Counted from the first letter of the whole stretch, positions 1 through 13,878 are shown. The stretch is DNA of 51,555 nucleotides, filler included, from Catajapyx aquilonaris (GCA_000934665.2; 2 parts of 2 records of this genome joined end to end with filler, not necessarily neighbours in it); one strand, 5' to 3'. Notes: generated by a model not told the origin, from the sequence alone. Program-made: numbers and translations.

Positions 1-65
1 TACGTCGGGGCACTGAGTTCAGATACACCCTGTATAGACATACTGTATTGTACATGTACATAATA

Positions 66-204
66 CTATCGGGTTCAAATACTTTTGGCCACTTTATCCT
101 GGTCTTGAAGCAACCCTTCATACACACACCTCCTTAACGTTGGGTGTGTGCGAAGGGTTTCTTCAAGACCAGGATAAAGTGCCAAAAGTATTTGAACCCG
201 ATAG
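66..204. mobile_element. Palindromic MITE with TA target-site duplication (Tc1/mariner-type, non-autonomous)
   Basis: Near-perfect ~65-bp inverted arms CTATCGGGTTCAAATACTTTTGG...CCAAAAGTATTTGAACCCGATAG, flanked by TA at 64-65 and 205-206. Confidence 0.8.
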
Positions 205-573
205 TATATGTGCGTCAGGCAGCACATCTTGACTGTATAATATTATATATCTTGCAAAAAAAATTGCATATCGGTTAAAGAGGTGCGGTACAGCTGGGGA
301 GGAGTGGAGACAATATGGGGAAAGGCCCTACACATTATCACAATTTAATATAATCAAGCATATCATTCATAAACTTCGAAATGCTGTTCAGTGTTGGCAA
401 ATTGGCTGCCCTGGACAGACAATACCATTTTACTACATCACGTGAACAAATAACGATATCCAATAACGTAAAATGTAACCATTAAATATCAACCATGTAG
501 CATTTTTTTTTTACATATTTGAGACACATTAGTTCTAGCGGATGCTTGAGAAAGTACTACTAATATTTGATCG

Positions 574-745
574 GACGTGGTGTGGCTGGTTATTGCAACG
601 GTTTTCCACCTCTGATGACCTGACTTCGATCCTCAGGTCGGACAGAGTTTCTCGTGGGGAAAAATAGTCCCGATGGGTTCTCTCCATATTCGCGTAGGTT
701 ATGGTGGTATATCGTTGCCCCTGTCGTTGCCTCCCACTACAATCA
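574..745 (+). mobile_element. Degenerate tRNA-derived SINE, same family as 9607-9735
   Basis: B-box-like ACTTCGATCC followed by TCGGACAGAG...GATGGGTTCTCTCCATATTCGCGTAGG...CCTCCCACTA, collinear with the 9607 copy. Confidence 0.6.
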
Positions 746-1658
746 TCTGTTTCCCTCTCGGTCCCGTACACTATGTATTACCATCCCTTGATCCCTTGTT
801 GCTTTATCATGACTACTATGGCGATAAAATATTAACTAACAACAAGAACTGTAATAAGATAACACTAAATGAACTAAATAAGGACGAATCCCCAAATATT
901 TTTAACTTTGCATTGCGTGTGAACTGTGACAAAATGTCCCTGAGATCTTTATTGCGACTCCAGATAATTCTGCAACTTACAATGCTTAATTTACAATCTA
1001 ATTGCACTTTCGCATCGATATCACATTAACATGCGCCACAGGAAATCTGATTCAGAAACTAATCAATTTTAGGGGTAAATTATAGGGATGTACATTGGAC
1101 ACCTGCCAAGGTTTTAAATGGAACACTATTGTTACGACGCATTATTTGCCCTCTACACTCCACTATTAAGTGTAACTGCTGATTATATCCAGTTTTCAAT
1201 AATACCTGAAAAGAAAAATAGACCAGGGCCATTCTCCGAATAGTAGACCTACTCGGTCTAGTCCTCTTACAGGAAAATCGCCCTTATAGCAGGGGGCTCT
1301 ATTTCGCCCGTAGGCAATTGTAAACTATATTGCAATTAAGCACGATGGAAGCTTTGCTAATCCTATAGGTGACACAACTTAAGTTGCGTCAGATAACTTG
1401 TGGCTTACGTACTACCTTTATAGAGAATAGTTCAGGGTTGTAGAAGTGGAGGGTACCATACAGTAGACTTACAGCGTTCGATAAAACCTGTCAGAGAATA
1501 GCATGCAAGTTGGGTCTAAAAGCCATTGATTTCCTGTCATCTGGCCTCCATTATATGCAACATCGTCAACTAGCACTGAGGGTCGCCAGTTTTGTGGTAA
1601 GGAGCAAGTTACTGCAGGCCCAACCTCTGCTTGGATCATCGGATATTTACTGTTTCTA

Positions 1659-1765
1659 CAGGGTGTAAATGAATTCGGGGGACAAACTTGTAGGGGTAAT
1701 AGAGGGGACCAAGACAAACATATTTGACCTAGGAACCCGTGTCCGGAAACGCCATCTAGAGGGGG
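1659..1765 (+). mobile_element. Left end of a TA|CAGGGTG Tc1/mariner-type non-autonomous element; right end not found
   Basis: Begins TA|CAGGGTGTAAATGAATTCGGGG. Similar CACCCTG|TA ends occur at ~26-34 and ~51264-51272. Confidence 0.45.
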
Positions 1766-3392
1766 TTCATAGATGAGGAACGGGTGCGCTCAGACGCATC
1801 ACGCGGTAGGCGCTAACGAGCGGACCGTTTAGTTGCTAGGTGGCGCGCGGATTGTACACAACTTTGCAATTCGCCATAACTTGGTTTTGTTTATTCCATG
1901 CCAAGCGGAAGGTATATTGTCCGCAAAATTTGACATAAGCATGCATTAACGTAATGAGTAGCAACACGAAGGCTCATATCGTAACACTTCGATTCACCAG
2001 GCGATTCAAGGAATAATATTCCGCCCTGTAAGTTATGCCCAGTTAGCACTTACGCGCGCATTAACGTAATGTTCGCAGTTGGAATTCTCGCAAATTTCGT
2101 ATTATTTTGCTGATGTCGCGTACGTAAATCATGCCATGTGAATTTATTAGGCCCATTTATCATGGCAGATTTAGTAAGATACATACTGTCAGGACAGTGT
2201 GGATTCCAAGTATTGCAACAAGTTAACCAGAGCTACTGGTATTTACAGCGTCGTTTGCATAAACTAGAGCAGAACAACTTTAAAGGGTAACTTTGATTAT
2301 TGGGGTCATGGGGTGGAGGGATATAGGGCGGCAGGTTCTCGGAAGTCACCGCAAGGTCACGTTCGGTAATTTTATTGATTACTAAGCGCATAAGTCTACA
2401 AGTAATGGAATTCACATAATGTTCGTTTACGCATTTCCTGGCAGTATCAAGGGGAATATTTAATGACTGCGTGTCGTTCAATTTATCGTAACCGCTTATT
2501 ATATGTTATAGACTATAGAGTATAGCAGCACAATGTGCACAATGCCAAAATCGACAATATTATTGTTTCGATATTAGTTGTTCTTAATACTGGATTCTAA
2601 ACGTCGCGTCGTCATGTCATAAAGTTGATTTTAATAAATATTATTACGTTTGGATGTATGAGAAACAAGCAGCAGGTGTCCCTTTATTATTATAGCTTAC
2701 TATATTACAAGTAGAGCAGTTTATCGGGTTCCGTCAATGTTGATATTAGGCCGAATCATTGCTTTAAACAGTTAATTTTGACTCGTGAGTTTACTTTTGC
2801 TATACCGTATGCTATACTTTTGTATACGTTGTATCGTTAACGATGCATTTATTTCGAGGAGCCAAGAAATGGTGCGATGACAGACCCTTGTCTACCAAAT
2901 ATTTTCTCTTCTTCCGTTATGCAGTAAGTTATATTATAGTAATTTCAGATATCCTGAAGCAAACCTATACCTGCGATAAAACGCACACTGCATTTTTTTT
3001 ATTCACGCAGAAATATATTAAAGAAAGCTTTCCGAAGCCAATCATGAGCATTGGTGTGTCAAATGGCTGATGAGACGTTTTTCAAATCGAAAGCCCAGTT
3101 CATTTTACTTTCGCTTATATACCATCATATTTCAATTAGACCTACCCCAACAGACCCGGTAATCCGCGATATTTGGTATATGCGCTCATATTTTCTCAAC
3201 ATTTCCTTTTCCTCCTATCTGTAATAAGGATAGATAAGACATATTTGCGATGGAAACCTCGTCAAAATTGCTTCTATACCAAGAATGTGCTTAGCTATTT
3301 ATAAAAGTAAATCTATATTCACGCCATGTAACAGTTGAAAATAAACTACATACTATCCTCGTCATGTAAAATTTGTACATCAGCGATCTTTA

Positions 3393-3513
3393 TTGACATG
3401 GAGAGAGCCCATCAAAACTATTTCCAAATAAGAAATCCTTCCCTCCGATCCAGAGATCGAACTCAGGACGTCAGAGGTCGAAGTCTGTGGCAAGGGCTGT
3501 GCTACTGCACCAC
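3393..3513 (-). mobile_element. tRNA-derived SINE fragment, same family as 9607-9735
   Basis: Minus strand reads GTGGTGCAGTAG...GTCCTGAGTTCGATCTCTGGATCGGA...GATGGGCTCTCTCCATGT, i.e. A box, B box and start of the conserved body. Confidence 0.6.
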
Positions 3514-5038
3514 GTGTTTTCCAACATGTTCCAATTCTGAGCTGTTCTATGCTCTGTGTTTGAATTATATGAAAGAAACTTACAAATCTGAGCAGAAAGA
3601 GGCAAAAAAAGAGGCCAATATGTCTAATGCACTGTCCACAACCGGAAGGAAATATTTACACAGCAGGCATATGATTTTATTTTAAAGAATCACCTTTTCT
3701 TGAACGACTACTGTGAGTTACGTATACCTTTTAGCTCTGACTGGCCGCCTTTCCTTAATGCCACCCATCACAGCAATCCAAACACGATAACATACACCAG
3801 GTCAATAAGGCCTCCCAGAAAGCTCGGAGTTGTCATGCCTTGAACATGATAGCATCTGAGGTGTACCTTGTGTCAAGTACGTGGCATGACATGTCCGTGC
3901 CCTTGAGAGCGTGTTTTCATCATAAGTTATCGCATTTGGGTTGGGATAGCAGGTGGTATTTAAAAGGCTGTGTCATGGGCTACAGAGAGAATAGTGTGAC
4001 CTTTTAATTCCATATCAATTATATTTTCTCAGAATTTGAAATGTGAAAATTTGGATGTGGAATGAATTTAAGAAGTTGACAGAATTAAATATACGTTTTC
4101 ACATACCATTCCATTTCTGAGATAATGTCATCATTATTGCCAACTGTTGCCGTTTCATCAATATGAGTTATGAATGGTTTTGTGGGCGCATATCGGATGC
4201 ACGAACATGAGACAGCACGTCCCTTGTGACGCTAGTTTCCCCGAAGAAATGACTGGGCTTGGAAAGAACGAAACTATCATCTGATCAGCTAATAGCTGTT
4301 TTATCACGTCATATCATGCAAATTCAGGTTCAAGGTTATTTTTTTGTACACCTCACGAGCACAAACCTAACGGCACGCACTATGCTGCATGGAGTCCAAA
4401 AATTATTTCAAGCACACTGCTTACCATAACTATGACACGTCACCCTCCGCCATTTTGGATCATATTCGCGAAACTTCACTTTTGGACCCAATTTTGTTTT
4501 TCAACCACAAAAAGCTCAGCACAGGTGCCACCATGTGCTATATTTGACTCTGTCCCAGCAAGCAAACAGTCCCTCATACATTCCACCTCACGTGAATCTT
4601 ACTGACCGCACGACACACGACTCCAGTCACGCACACTATAACCTATAAGGAATTGGCCTGCCAGCCTTTTCGATTTTACACTGCTACAGACGCAACATTT
4701 ATGGGCTAGGGGGAGAGAAGGAAGAGTGACGACCATGTCAATCAGCACGATCCCTAAACACGCAGAACGGCAAGAATAAGAAGAAGAAAAAAAAACACAA
4801 TTTTTGCCACAGTTAAGCGTCTCGTGCTTCGCCTCGTCTTTGCGGAAACATTCCGTGAAATTTTGGCTAATCAGTACTAGTCAAGAGATTATGTTTTAAA
4901 CTAACCTAGTACAGTACCTCATTCCTCATATTCTACTGCAGGTAAGTTACCGTGCACTTTATTGAATGGAATGCGTTCCTGCAATTAGTTCTAGAAAGTT
5001 GGTTGCGAGTCGTGTACAAATTGCTCAAGGCACTCTCC

Positions 5039-5040
<2 letters not shown>

Positions 5041-5100
<60 letters not shown>
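5041..5100. repeat. (TAT)20 microsatellite
   Basis: Perfect trinucleotide run; source of the poly-I and poly-N ORFs. Confidence 0.95.
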
Positions 5101-5117
5101 GAGTGACAGTCCTGTAC

Positions 5118-5479
5118 CAGGGAGCATATACTACATAAGAGGCGCAACCATTCAATTTCCGCGTCTCTCTGTTTGGGGCGTTGCCAAGGCTGGCGGCCAT
5201 TTTGAAGTGTGGGGAACGCCAACGAGGTATAAATAGGGTACAGGCAAAAATAGGGTCCGCCATCTTTGATTCGCGCGTGTTCTTGCCGTGTAGTTGCCAT
5301 GGCCGCCAAAACCATCAAAGATGGCGGACCCTATTTTTGCCTGTACCCTATTTATACCTCGTTGGCGTTCCCCACACTTCAAAATGGCCGCCAGCCTTGG
5401 CAACGGCCCCAAACAGAGAGACGCGAACATCAAAGGTGCCGACAGAAGTTTGCACCTCTTATGTAGTATATGCTCCCTG
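5118..5479. mobile_element. Fold-back MITE with 7-bp TSD and CAGGG termini (P-element-like, family A copy 1)
   Basis: Termini CAGGGAGCATATACTACATAAGAGG / CCTCTTATGTAGTATATGCTCCCTG, ~150-bp inverted arms, and CCTGTAC duplicated at 5111-5117 and 5480-5486. A second copy lies at 42914. Confidence 0.85.
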
Positions 5480-5861
5480 CCTGTACAGTGATGGACATAT
5501 GCAGTCCATAAATGTTTACTTAGTTGCCAGGTAACGCCAGCGCCACCAATGCCGAAAAATTAGGGACTGCTAATATGTCCAGCACTGTACTGTACAGCCA
5601 ATATGTAATGCCGCTTGGTAAGATTGCGCAATATTGCTCGGGACCTGCTTATTGCTTCAGAGAGGGGAAATAGGCAAGGAAAGGCCAATCATTATAGCCT
5701 AACTAGGCCTACCCATTCTAGCTATATCCTCACAAAGGCCGATATGACGCGCATATTTCCTTTGAAAGCAGTTATAGACCAAATGATCTTATTTTTCCAG
5801 CGGGGCGATACTGCATGTTGGTATAATGCAGCATTTTTGCGAACATTATACCCAAAACGAA

Positions 5862-5944
5862 GACAGAAATATCTCCACTTCCGCAAGAAACGAGATCGAA
5901 CCCAGGACATGCCCATGAGCGCTATGGTTACCACTGCACCACCT
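5862..5944 (-). mobile_element. tRNA-derived SINE head fragment
   Basis: Minus strand GGTGGTGCAGTGGTAACCATAG...CCTGGGTTCGATCTC contains Pol III A and B boxes but no complete cloverleaf. Confidence 0.45.
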
Positions 5945-7981
5945 TGCCTTCTTCCTACTGCGTCATTCACCCTGACTATTCTTTTTTTATATATACCTTC
6001 TACTGAACAAGTGCATGAGCCTATTTACAGGACGTTGACGAGAAGGATAGACAACATCTAGGAAAGGAATAGTATAGGCTGGACAATGAAAAAAAAATGA
6101 CACGTTGTGCATTATGTCGGAGAGGATAGGGCTTTTTGATTTTGTGTCCCTGCCTTTACATGTGGTTGAAAAAGTCTCTTAATAATAATGTGATATTTAT
6201 GAGCCATCAGCACAAAATGACAGAGGACACTGATTTAAACTATATTGTAACTGCGGTGTACACAACTACAAGAGGGCAACTATGGGGTGTAGAATTGAGT
6301 GTCCACATTATTAGGCTAATATGCTTTAAGAACAAATAACAACTGTTCAAAAAAAACAACTTGACTCAGATATTGCGTCAAATAAAAAATCCGCCTGAGT
6401 CCAATACTTGCGTCAGCACTGGCCGAAAGTGCGGTTCGATCTTTCAAATCGATTGAAATTCATGGAATAGGCTTAGGAGCTATCACGTGAAAATAATGAC
6501 ATTATTATGTTGGTTTCATGTCCTCGTTTATTTTACTTTGACTAATGTATCTGTATCTAGTGACTGGTTAAAAATATTAGACTGCATTTGCAGTACTAAC
6601 TTCAAGGATCGAGTGACCTAATTTGTACGACGATGCATGATTCAAAACATGCAATCTTCAATTACAGGAAGCTGACTTGATGGCTACGGCTTAAAATATG
6701 ATCAAGCGTTTTCTTTCTTTTTTGTTCAGTAAATGTCAATCGCCTTTTCTGTTCAAAGAGCGGTCAGTGCTTTTACAACCATAAAGGCGTTACGTGCCCA
6801 GTTTTGCATGTTTAGTTGCCTTGGATTTGTTATGCCAAAGTGCAGAGTATTTTCAGAACAGGCAGAGAATGTGACCTTCCAGCAAACTTGCCCAAGATGT
6901 TATCAACTGCTCGATTCTTCCATACCGATCATGTACGCTAGCATTATTTTATCAATAATTTTTGACACTATAGGAAATCGACAATACCAAGCTGACACGC
7001 AATGACCCACGGAAGTGTTAAATGTATTAACTCATTAAAAATGGCTCATTCACTTCTAATATGACAATTTCGCGCACAAAACCCCCCTGAATGCAAATAA
7101 GCTCACCTTTGTCAGCGTGGATCCACATCACGATGGTCCAAACTGCATTCAAACTGATGTCATGATGCAACTTATCCCAAGAAGCGAATCAGGCGCGTAC
7201 TTGCACATTTTGTTACTTGAAACACTTTTGACCCGTCACACAGGCCGTGTCCTTAGTAAAATTTCCATGGAGCCCATCGCCAGCTACCACGTCACGAGCT
7301 TGGTGTGATGTAGTGTCGACCGCCAGAAAGACTGCCGTCTGTTCCGTCAGCGGCGGTAGGTACGTAGGTAGGTAGGCAGGTAGGCAGGTAGTGAGGTATC
7401 AAAGGTATTCACTGGAGGGACGTTACACGCATGCACGGCATTGATTTGAGTGGGCGCGGGCGGTTGAGTGGGAGACCCTGATCAGCGCGCGATTCACTTC
7501 TGTAACGGCAACCAACACACAAGGGATCGGGCTGTTGTTAGGGTACCGCGCCTCATTTCGAAAACACGCTGGGCGCCAATGTTAATGAATCGCAATAAAT
7601 TGCATTCAGATTTGCTAAGTTGTGTAGAGCGGCAGGTTAAAAGAGCATATATATTGTGGGTGCTATATATGGCGTAGTGGATGTGAACAAAGTAAATTCT
7701 GATAGACAATTTCTGGTAAAACCCACAGTTATCATCTTTATTTTTAAAATATATTCTAAAAGTTAACTATAGATCTAGATGTCACAGTGAAGCATATAGG
7801 CCTCGTGTAGAAGTCAAAGTTAAAGATACCTTTATAGCTTAGAGAAATCGAGCTAACTGTAGCTCAGAAGTCTATTGGCGCAGACATGTCTACAAGTACT
7901 AGGGTATATTGGTGTGAATGATCTAATTTCGCAAGTCTTGAATTTCACATACTCATTACTGTATCTGGATGGGATATGAAA

Positions 7982-8222
7982 TCTATCTTCTATATAAATA
8001 AAGCCGTTTGTGATCTGTCTGTCTGTCTGTCTGTCCGCCTGGAACGCCAACCGTCATTTTCCTGCCATCTGTGGTCCGCCTCCTATACCTCCAACCTCTC
8101 CCGTCCTTCCGACCCGGCCTTCCTTTAATTAAGATTCTTAATTACATGTATTTTTTTTGCCTGTCCTTTTCAGCTTGCTTTCCATTCCTTTCTTCCCGAG
8201 CAACGCCGGGTGTCGCAGCTAG
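7982..8222 (+). mobile_element. Short non-autonomous Helitron carrying a (GTCT)n tract
   Basis: 5' TC start (A|TCTATCTTCTATATAAATAAA), internal (CTGT)n, 3' hairpin CCCGAGCAACGCCGGG, ends CTAG|T; inserted between A and T with no TSD. Confidence 0.8.
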
Positions 8223-9606
8223 TTTAAGAGATAAAAGTAACATGTCATAGCCCACTGTACACTATTGGAAGTGCCTACAAACAAAATAATGTTTGTTGTT
8301 AATTCAATATGATTTTTATGTGCTACCTATACTGTAGGCTGTAGCATTATTATATCGATTGCGATAGCGTCATTTTGCAGATATTGCGAAACGTTGAATA
8401 CAGTCTCGTTTCATGACACTAAATAAGTCAACATCTTTCAGGCTCTTTTATGTCGTTTGTAGTAGCAAAATCCAAATAATTGAGTAATTATTTTTTTTGC
8501 AAATAACAACTGTATGCAATATATTAGTTTAAAAAAATGTATGTCCCAGGTTAATGTCAAACGTCGCTCCTCGCCATCGGTCAATATTATAAGCTTAACT
8601 ATTTAAAAAAAAAACTAAGTTTTTTTTTCTCTTTCAGGTTTACAAGTCAGCTTCCACCTACCGCCCACCAAATCCTCAGTACAGTAATACCAAAACCCAA
8701 AACTTCAGGGGATAAGATACTCGCAAAGATATGGAGTTATCGTGTCTTGCACATGATACAAAGGAGTTCCATAATAAATTATATATCAGTATGAACCGAG
8801 AGAGACGTATACCTGGAGAGAGGTACCGGTATATGTCAGACCAGGTACATAATTATGTATATCTTACTGTACTGTACTATATAGTACAAGTTTTGGTATG
8901 AATCACACCAACTAGAGTTCCAGTTAGGAGGAAAATAATCCGCTAAAAGTGATCCGAGAGATTCAAGTGAAGAACATAATTTTAATTCAATGTTCAATTG
9001 TTTATTATTACATTACGGCTTGTTCCTACTTGAATGGATAGCCCGTGATAACGAGGAACCAATAAGAATGACCTGCCGCATTCCTCGTCATCTTCTCGTG
9101 CATACCCATACGTATATTAATTATGGCGGAAACACAAGATGTGGGGAATTTTGAGGCAACACTCTTTCAGTAATGGCACACTCGTCTTCGTATTTTATTT
9201 ATAATGCTCAAAATAGCAATCTGACAGTGCATATGTACTGTACAATGTGGTGTACTGCCCAGCCAAGTACCCAATTCAAGGGAAGAAGTCATGAATACTG
9301 TATATTGATGATACTGCAGCAACCAAAAAAAAGCATAGAAAAATACCAATCATGACCAATGAATGTTGATCCAAAGGGTTGTATATATTAAAACTTCCAA
9401 TTGCTGTCTAAACAATCCATAATTTTCGCTTGAACTGGATCAGCAGGGAGAGTACTGCAATTATGGCAATAATTATTAGATGTGTATGCATTGCGAACTA
9501 ATGCAGGGTGTTCCAGTTTAAATGTCCGTTTTAGCTAGCAACGTTTGGTTCTAAGCTGTTGATTTTTAACCAGTTACTTTTAATGATTATTATCGAAAGT
9601 GTTCTA

Positions 9607-9735
9607 AAGGTCCCGAGTTCGATGCCCGGATCGGACAGAGGATACTCATATGGATAGAGTTTCGATGGGTTCTCTCCGTGTTCGCGTGGGTTTTTTCGGG
9701 GTTCTCCCGTTTCCTCTCACTATCAAAATCCATCA
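9607..9735 (+). mobile_element. 5'-truncated tRNA SINE with a V-domain-like body
   Basis: B box GAGTTCGATGCC, then GTTCTCTCCGTGTTCGCGTGGGTTTTTTCGGGGTTCTCCCGTTTCCTCTCAC, which resembles the conserved V-SINE core. Confidence 0.7.
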
Positions 9736-10326
9736 CAGCAAAGGCAATGATTAAAGTCGGTCAATTAAAAGATGATCCCCTACAAAGACCCAAGGATGCT
9801 TATCACTGGGTATCAATTATTTATTATTTTTTTACTTTTTTATTATTGGTCTGAATTGCAACAAAATTTCCAATTGGACAATATTGGCATCGAATGTGAA
9901 TGATGCAAGTCGTTTTGTGCAGGCATTGTAAAGGATGGGTCTTCGAAACATTTTTTAAAAAAGATGCAGTAAAAGTGACTATTCAAAACATGAACTGCCT
10001 ATAAAATAAGCAGCTAATACCAAAAGAACACTAACTAAAACGGAAACATTTGGAACTTGAAACTGTACAGAACCTATTTCTCCTTCAAAGGTGTGACAAT
10101 AAGATGCTTCAAACTATTTTGATTTCTGATATAGCCTACTGGTACAGTACACTGCACCTCACAATCAGTCCCAGAATAATTTAGTGGTCTAGTCTGGACA
10201 TCGGACTTACCCGTTGGAAAACTACCATGACAACGTATCTAAAATGCTAGAAGTAAATAACACGTTACCCAATGGGTCAGTTACCTTGTGTCCATGCAGA
10301 CGAGAGTTCTTACAGTGAGTGAAATA

Positions 10327-10671
10327 CAGGTAGTCCCCGGTTTACGAACGACCCGACTTACGGCGATCCGTACTTACGAACTGGCTGCCAAGACTCCACG
10401 GAAGGAAAATTTATGATTAATCCTCTACTTTTAATCACTTCTGCGTCCGTTGACCGACACCAAGTTCAACATAAATATTGTATAATAAATAAATAATATT
10501 GGGAAACTACGATCTTCGAGCATGTAAACAGACATACATGATGTTAGTGGTTCATTGGAGCAGAATCTTTACGCTGTATGAGCTGATCCTCAGGGATAAG
10601 AGTTACGTACAAAATCCTACTTTATGGACATTTTCAAGAACGTAACCCCGTTCGTAGGCTGGGGACTACAG
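10327..10671. mobile_element. Tigger/pogo-like non-autonomous DNA transposon
   Basis: TA|CAGGTAGTCCCCGGTTTACGAAC at left; GTTCGTAGGCTGGGGACTAC at right (degenerate terminus); subterminal ACTTACG repeats. Confidence 0.7.
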
Positions 10672-13499
10672 TCATGTACTAACAACTGCATAGCAATGAT
10701 TCACCCTATACCATAAGGTTGAGCAATCTAACAGGGGAGCCTATCATAAATGATCTTAAACAAAGCTTTGACAGAGGCGGAAGCCTGTCAAGTCGGGTAG
10801 CCAACCGAGGATGATTGATTGATTGATTGGAGTTGTTTTGTCGCCAATGTACAGTATAACAAAGGCCCTGTTGTACGAAACAAAAGCCCAGGTTTGGCAG
10901 AGAAGAGGTCACTGCCATGGCAAGCACGTTCCTCCATGGACTTCGGGGAAGTCCGCGACCGCTATAAAGGAACCAATAGTTCAACACACTTCAATGCACA
11001 GTACAGTGATAAAATTCCCTGTAACATGATGCACACTATAATTATTATGTGATATAAATGCTATTAGTAGACCTACAGTGTTGCATATTAGTTATTACAC
11101 TGCCCATTGCTTGTCCTCATGATGGTCTCGCCAACTCTACACGAATATGTATAACAATGTTTACTTTTTCAGCCATTAGAGCTGTGTAGACATATCTATG
11201 CCGAAACATTATCGACGTCTATAGTGGGTGACTTGCAATTTCGCACGGTTGCGCCTAGCCTTGCGCCAAGGACGCAACTGTCGATGTCGCCTAGATGATG
11301 ACCTTCTACAAGGTAGATTGTCCCACTGTATATAATCGGTAGTTATAAATAAGTAATTTTACTTTCTGGTAAAATTTATTAGCACCGATTGTGAAGATAT
11401 AATAATTTGGAACTGGCCTGTTCCGTCAGGAATCCCTCGATGATGTTGGTTAGTAAAGTATCTGATGGTAACCTGCAAAAGAAGGAGGGGGGGGGGGGAA
11501 GCTTAGATACTACCCTCAATGATTGGATTACGATTTACACAGGTAGTTCCAAGGACGTTTCCCTATACTTGAATCAATGGTTCCGTAGTGCAGTATACTA
11601 GTTTAATGTAGTGCGTGTGCGGAGAACAGTCAGCCTTAGCATGCTATATAATATCGACCAGCAGTAGGACTTGCTTACAGTTGAAGGAAATAACACTATG
11701 GTTGCATCGATTTTCATGACAAGAACAACCTTCTTCACTACACTACATTGAGACAATAAATTATTACACCAAATCAGAAGACAAATTTTGACCTTTCGTT
11801 TTCAACAAAAAGGCAATATTTTACACCACGACAACCCTACGCAGATTCAAATAGCCTATAATAGGCTCTGATATATCAAAATAAAGTAATGCTTGATAAT
11901 TACGTTAACCATATAGCCTACGTATAACAGATTTTAATAATTAATTCTTGTTAGCTGTCATAATCATTAGCTATTTTAGAGAACCAGGGTTATACTTGAG
12001 TAGTTGAGGTGTGAGCCAGAAAAGTTACACTTAAGACTTAACAACTATTTGAGTATGGAATACGTAAGTTACCTATATTATTCATGGTGTTTCAAGGGTA
12101 AATATTTTACCAGTATATTTAGATGCAGTGGGCGTAATGCTATACATGCAAAACATTATTAATCTACTTCGCAGTAACACTTTCCCAAAAATGCCGCAAA
12201 CGAGCAGATCAAAGCGACCCCTATGACTAGCGGCCAATGTAAGTGTTCTGTAATGTACAAAGCCAAAGACCCGGTCTGACCGGTGATAATAATTATTATA
12301 ATAATCATATTAACAACTACAACATTCATCATTATCATAATCATAATATGATTATGATGATATGATAATGATATTATCATGATATGATGATAATATGATC
12401 ATAATGATGGTGGTGATGATGATATAGTGTGAAACATAACAAAAATTTGTAACACCTTTTTCTCATCCTGGCATATAAAACATAACTATCCAATTGGGAA
12501 GGTAAAGTTGATCGTAATAGTCATGTGTAATTATTGCACTGACTGAGAGTGTCATGAATTGGCCCAATCTCCAATGCATTGGCATAAACTGTACCATATT
12601 GTAAATAATTATTGTAAATTAATTTGTGACAAAAGTAATGGAAAAAATTAGCACTTGAGAAGTAATGAATCATATCATATTCAAGTCATTCAAACATTAA
12701 AATGAAACTGATATTGGAGAAATTGTTGATATTGGATTTGCGGAAAATACGATTGATTTTGTTGCATGTCGTATAGTCCTAGAATGTGCCGTTATATGAT
12801 TTTCAAAGGGTTAGTTTCCTTCCAGTGCAGTGGTTTCTTTTATCTCGGAAAATCAGAGCTGTAATCAACTTTTATCGTCAGATTAGCTTAGCCAGCTAGT
12901 GAAAAAGTACAGGCCTATAATGGTCCAGTACGTAGCTATATGACGCCTCTGTTATATAGCCAGGACATCTCCTCTGGGACATTCTGAAAAGGAACACTTA
13001 TAATTAAAATAATTTAGCGCTTTGTAATGTTGTCATGTGATTTCATCTGATAGTAGGCCTAATTTGAGCTTGCTTCTATTCTACTGTGCAGCTACCATTC
13101 CAAGTATTATTGTGTGGGATATTATGGTGATAATATGGAGGGTAGAGGTCAGAAATGCCATCAAGAGGGGCCCAGAATTCTTATTCCGTCCCTGATGTAC
13201 AGGCGAGACTTCCTGTGTGCATGAGCTAATATATCATACCGTCGAAAAGTCGTTAAGTGACAAGCAGCATAACGCATGGGTTTGCCTCTTGAGTGCGTGC
13301 GTGATGAGAAGAATACGACGCAATCAGCGTGGCTCGTTATACGTAGAAATTACGCTCACGTTTCTGCATAATGCCATTTATTTTCGACTTCTTCGTGACT
13401 GAAGGTAGTAAAACATTTGTAATCATGATGTTAGTACACTGATGATATATAGGAAAGTATGAAGAGGTACAAAATTGTACACTGTATATTCCGCAAGTA

Positions 13500-13774
13500 C
13501 TACCGAAGCAGGTTGGCATAATGGATAAGGCGTCTGACTGCTTATCGGGAGGTTCTGGGTTCGAATCCCGGGGCCGGCAACTCTGACCGTGGTTTTCTGT
13601 GGTTTCCCACGGTCCTTCCAGGGAAATTCCGGAGTTGCTTCCGTAATTAATAGGCCACAGCCGCTTCCTTCCGTCACTATCCTATCCCAAAGAGCACAGT
13701 AAAATGAAAAGCAAAGAGTTCCAGGCAAAACAAACTTCCCCCCTAAAGAGCCGATGGCTGATAACGGGGTATGA

Positions 13775-13833
<59 letters not shown>
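13500..13833 (+). mobile_element. Full-length tRNA(Arg)-like SINE with (ATT)n tail and 15-bp TSD
   Basis: A box TGGCATAATGG, tRNA-Arg-like TAATGGATAAGGCGTCTGACT, B box GGTTCGAATCC, body, (ATT)n tail; TATATTCCGCAAGTA duplicated at 13485-13499 and 13834-13848. Confidence 0.9.
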
Positions 13834-13838
<5 letters not shown>

Positions 13839-13878
13839 TCCGCAAGTAATACATTGGTGTAAGCATTTTATTATCAGG

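Noticed and set aside
3831..3891. miRNA-like hairpin TGTCATGCC...GGCATGACA
   Set aside because: Large bulge and poor pairing; no recognised mature sequence.
4933..5534. Overlapping ORFs (poly-I/N, MADPIFACTLF...) and their repeats near 43 kb
   Set aside because: By-products of a microsatellite and a palindromic MITE.
7100..7350. Possible minus-strand first exon ending at AAG|GTGAGC
   Set aside because: No long open frame or downstream coding exon identified; cannot be supported from sequence alone.
13508..13580. tRNA gene
   Set aside because: Acceptor stem and anticodon loop are degenerate, and it is followed by a SINE body, tail and TSD.
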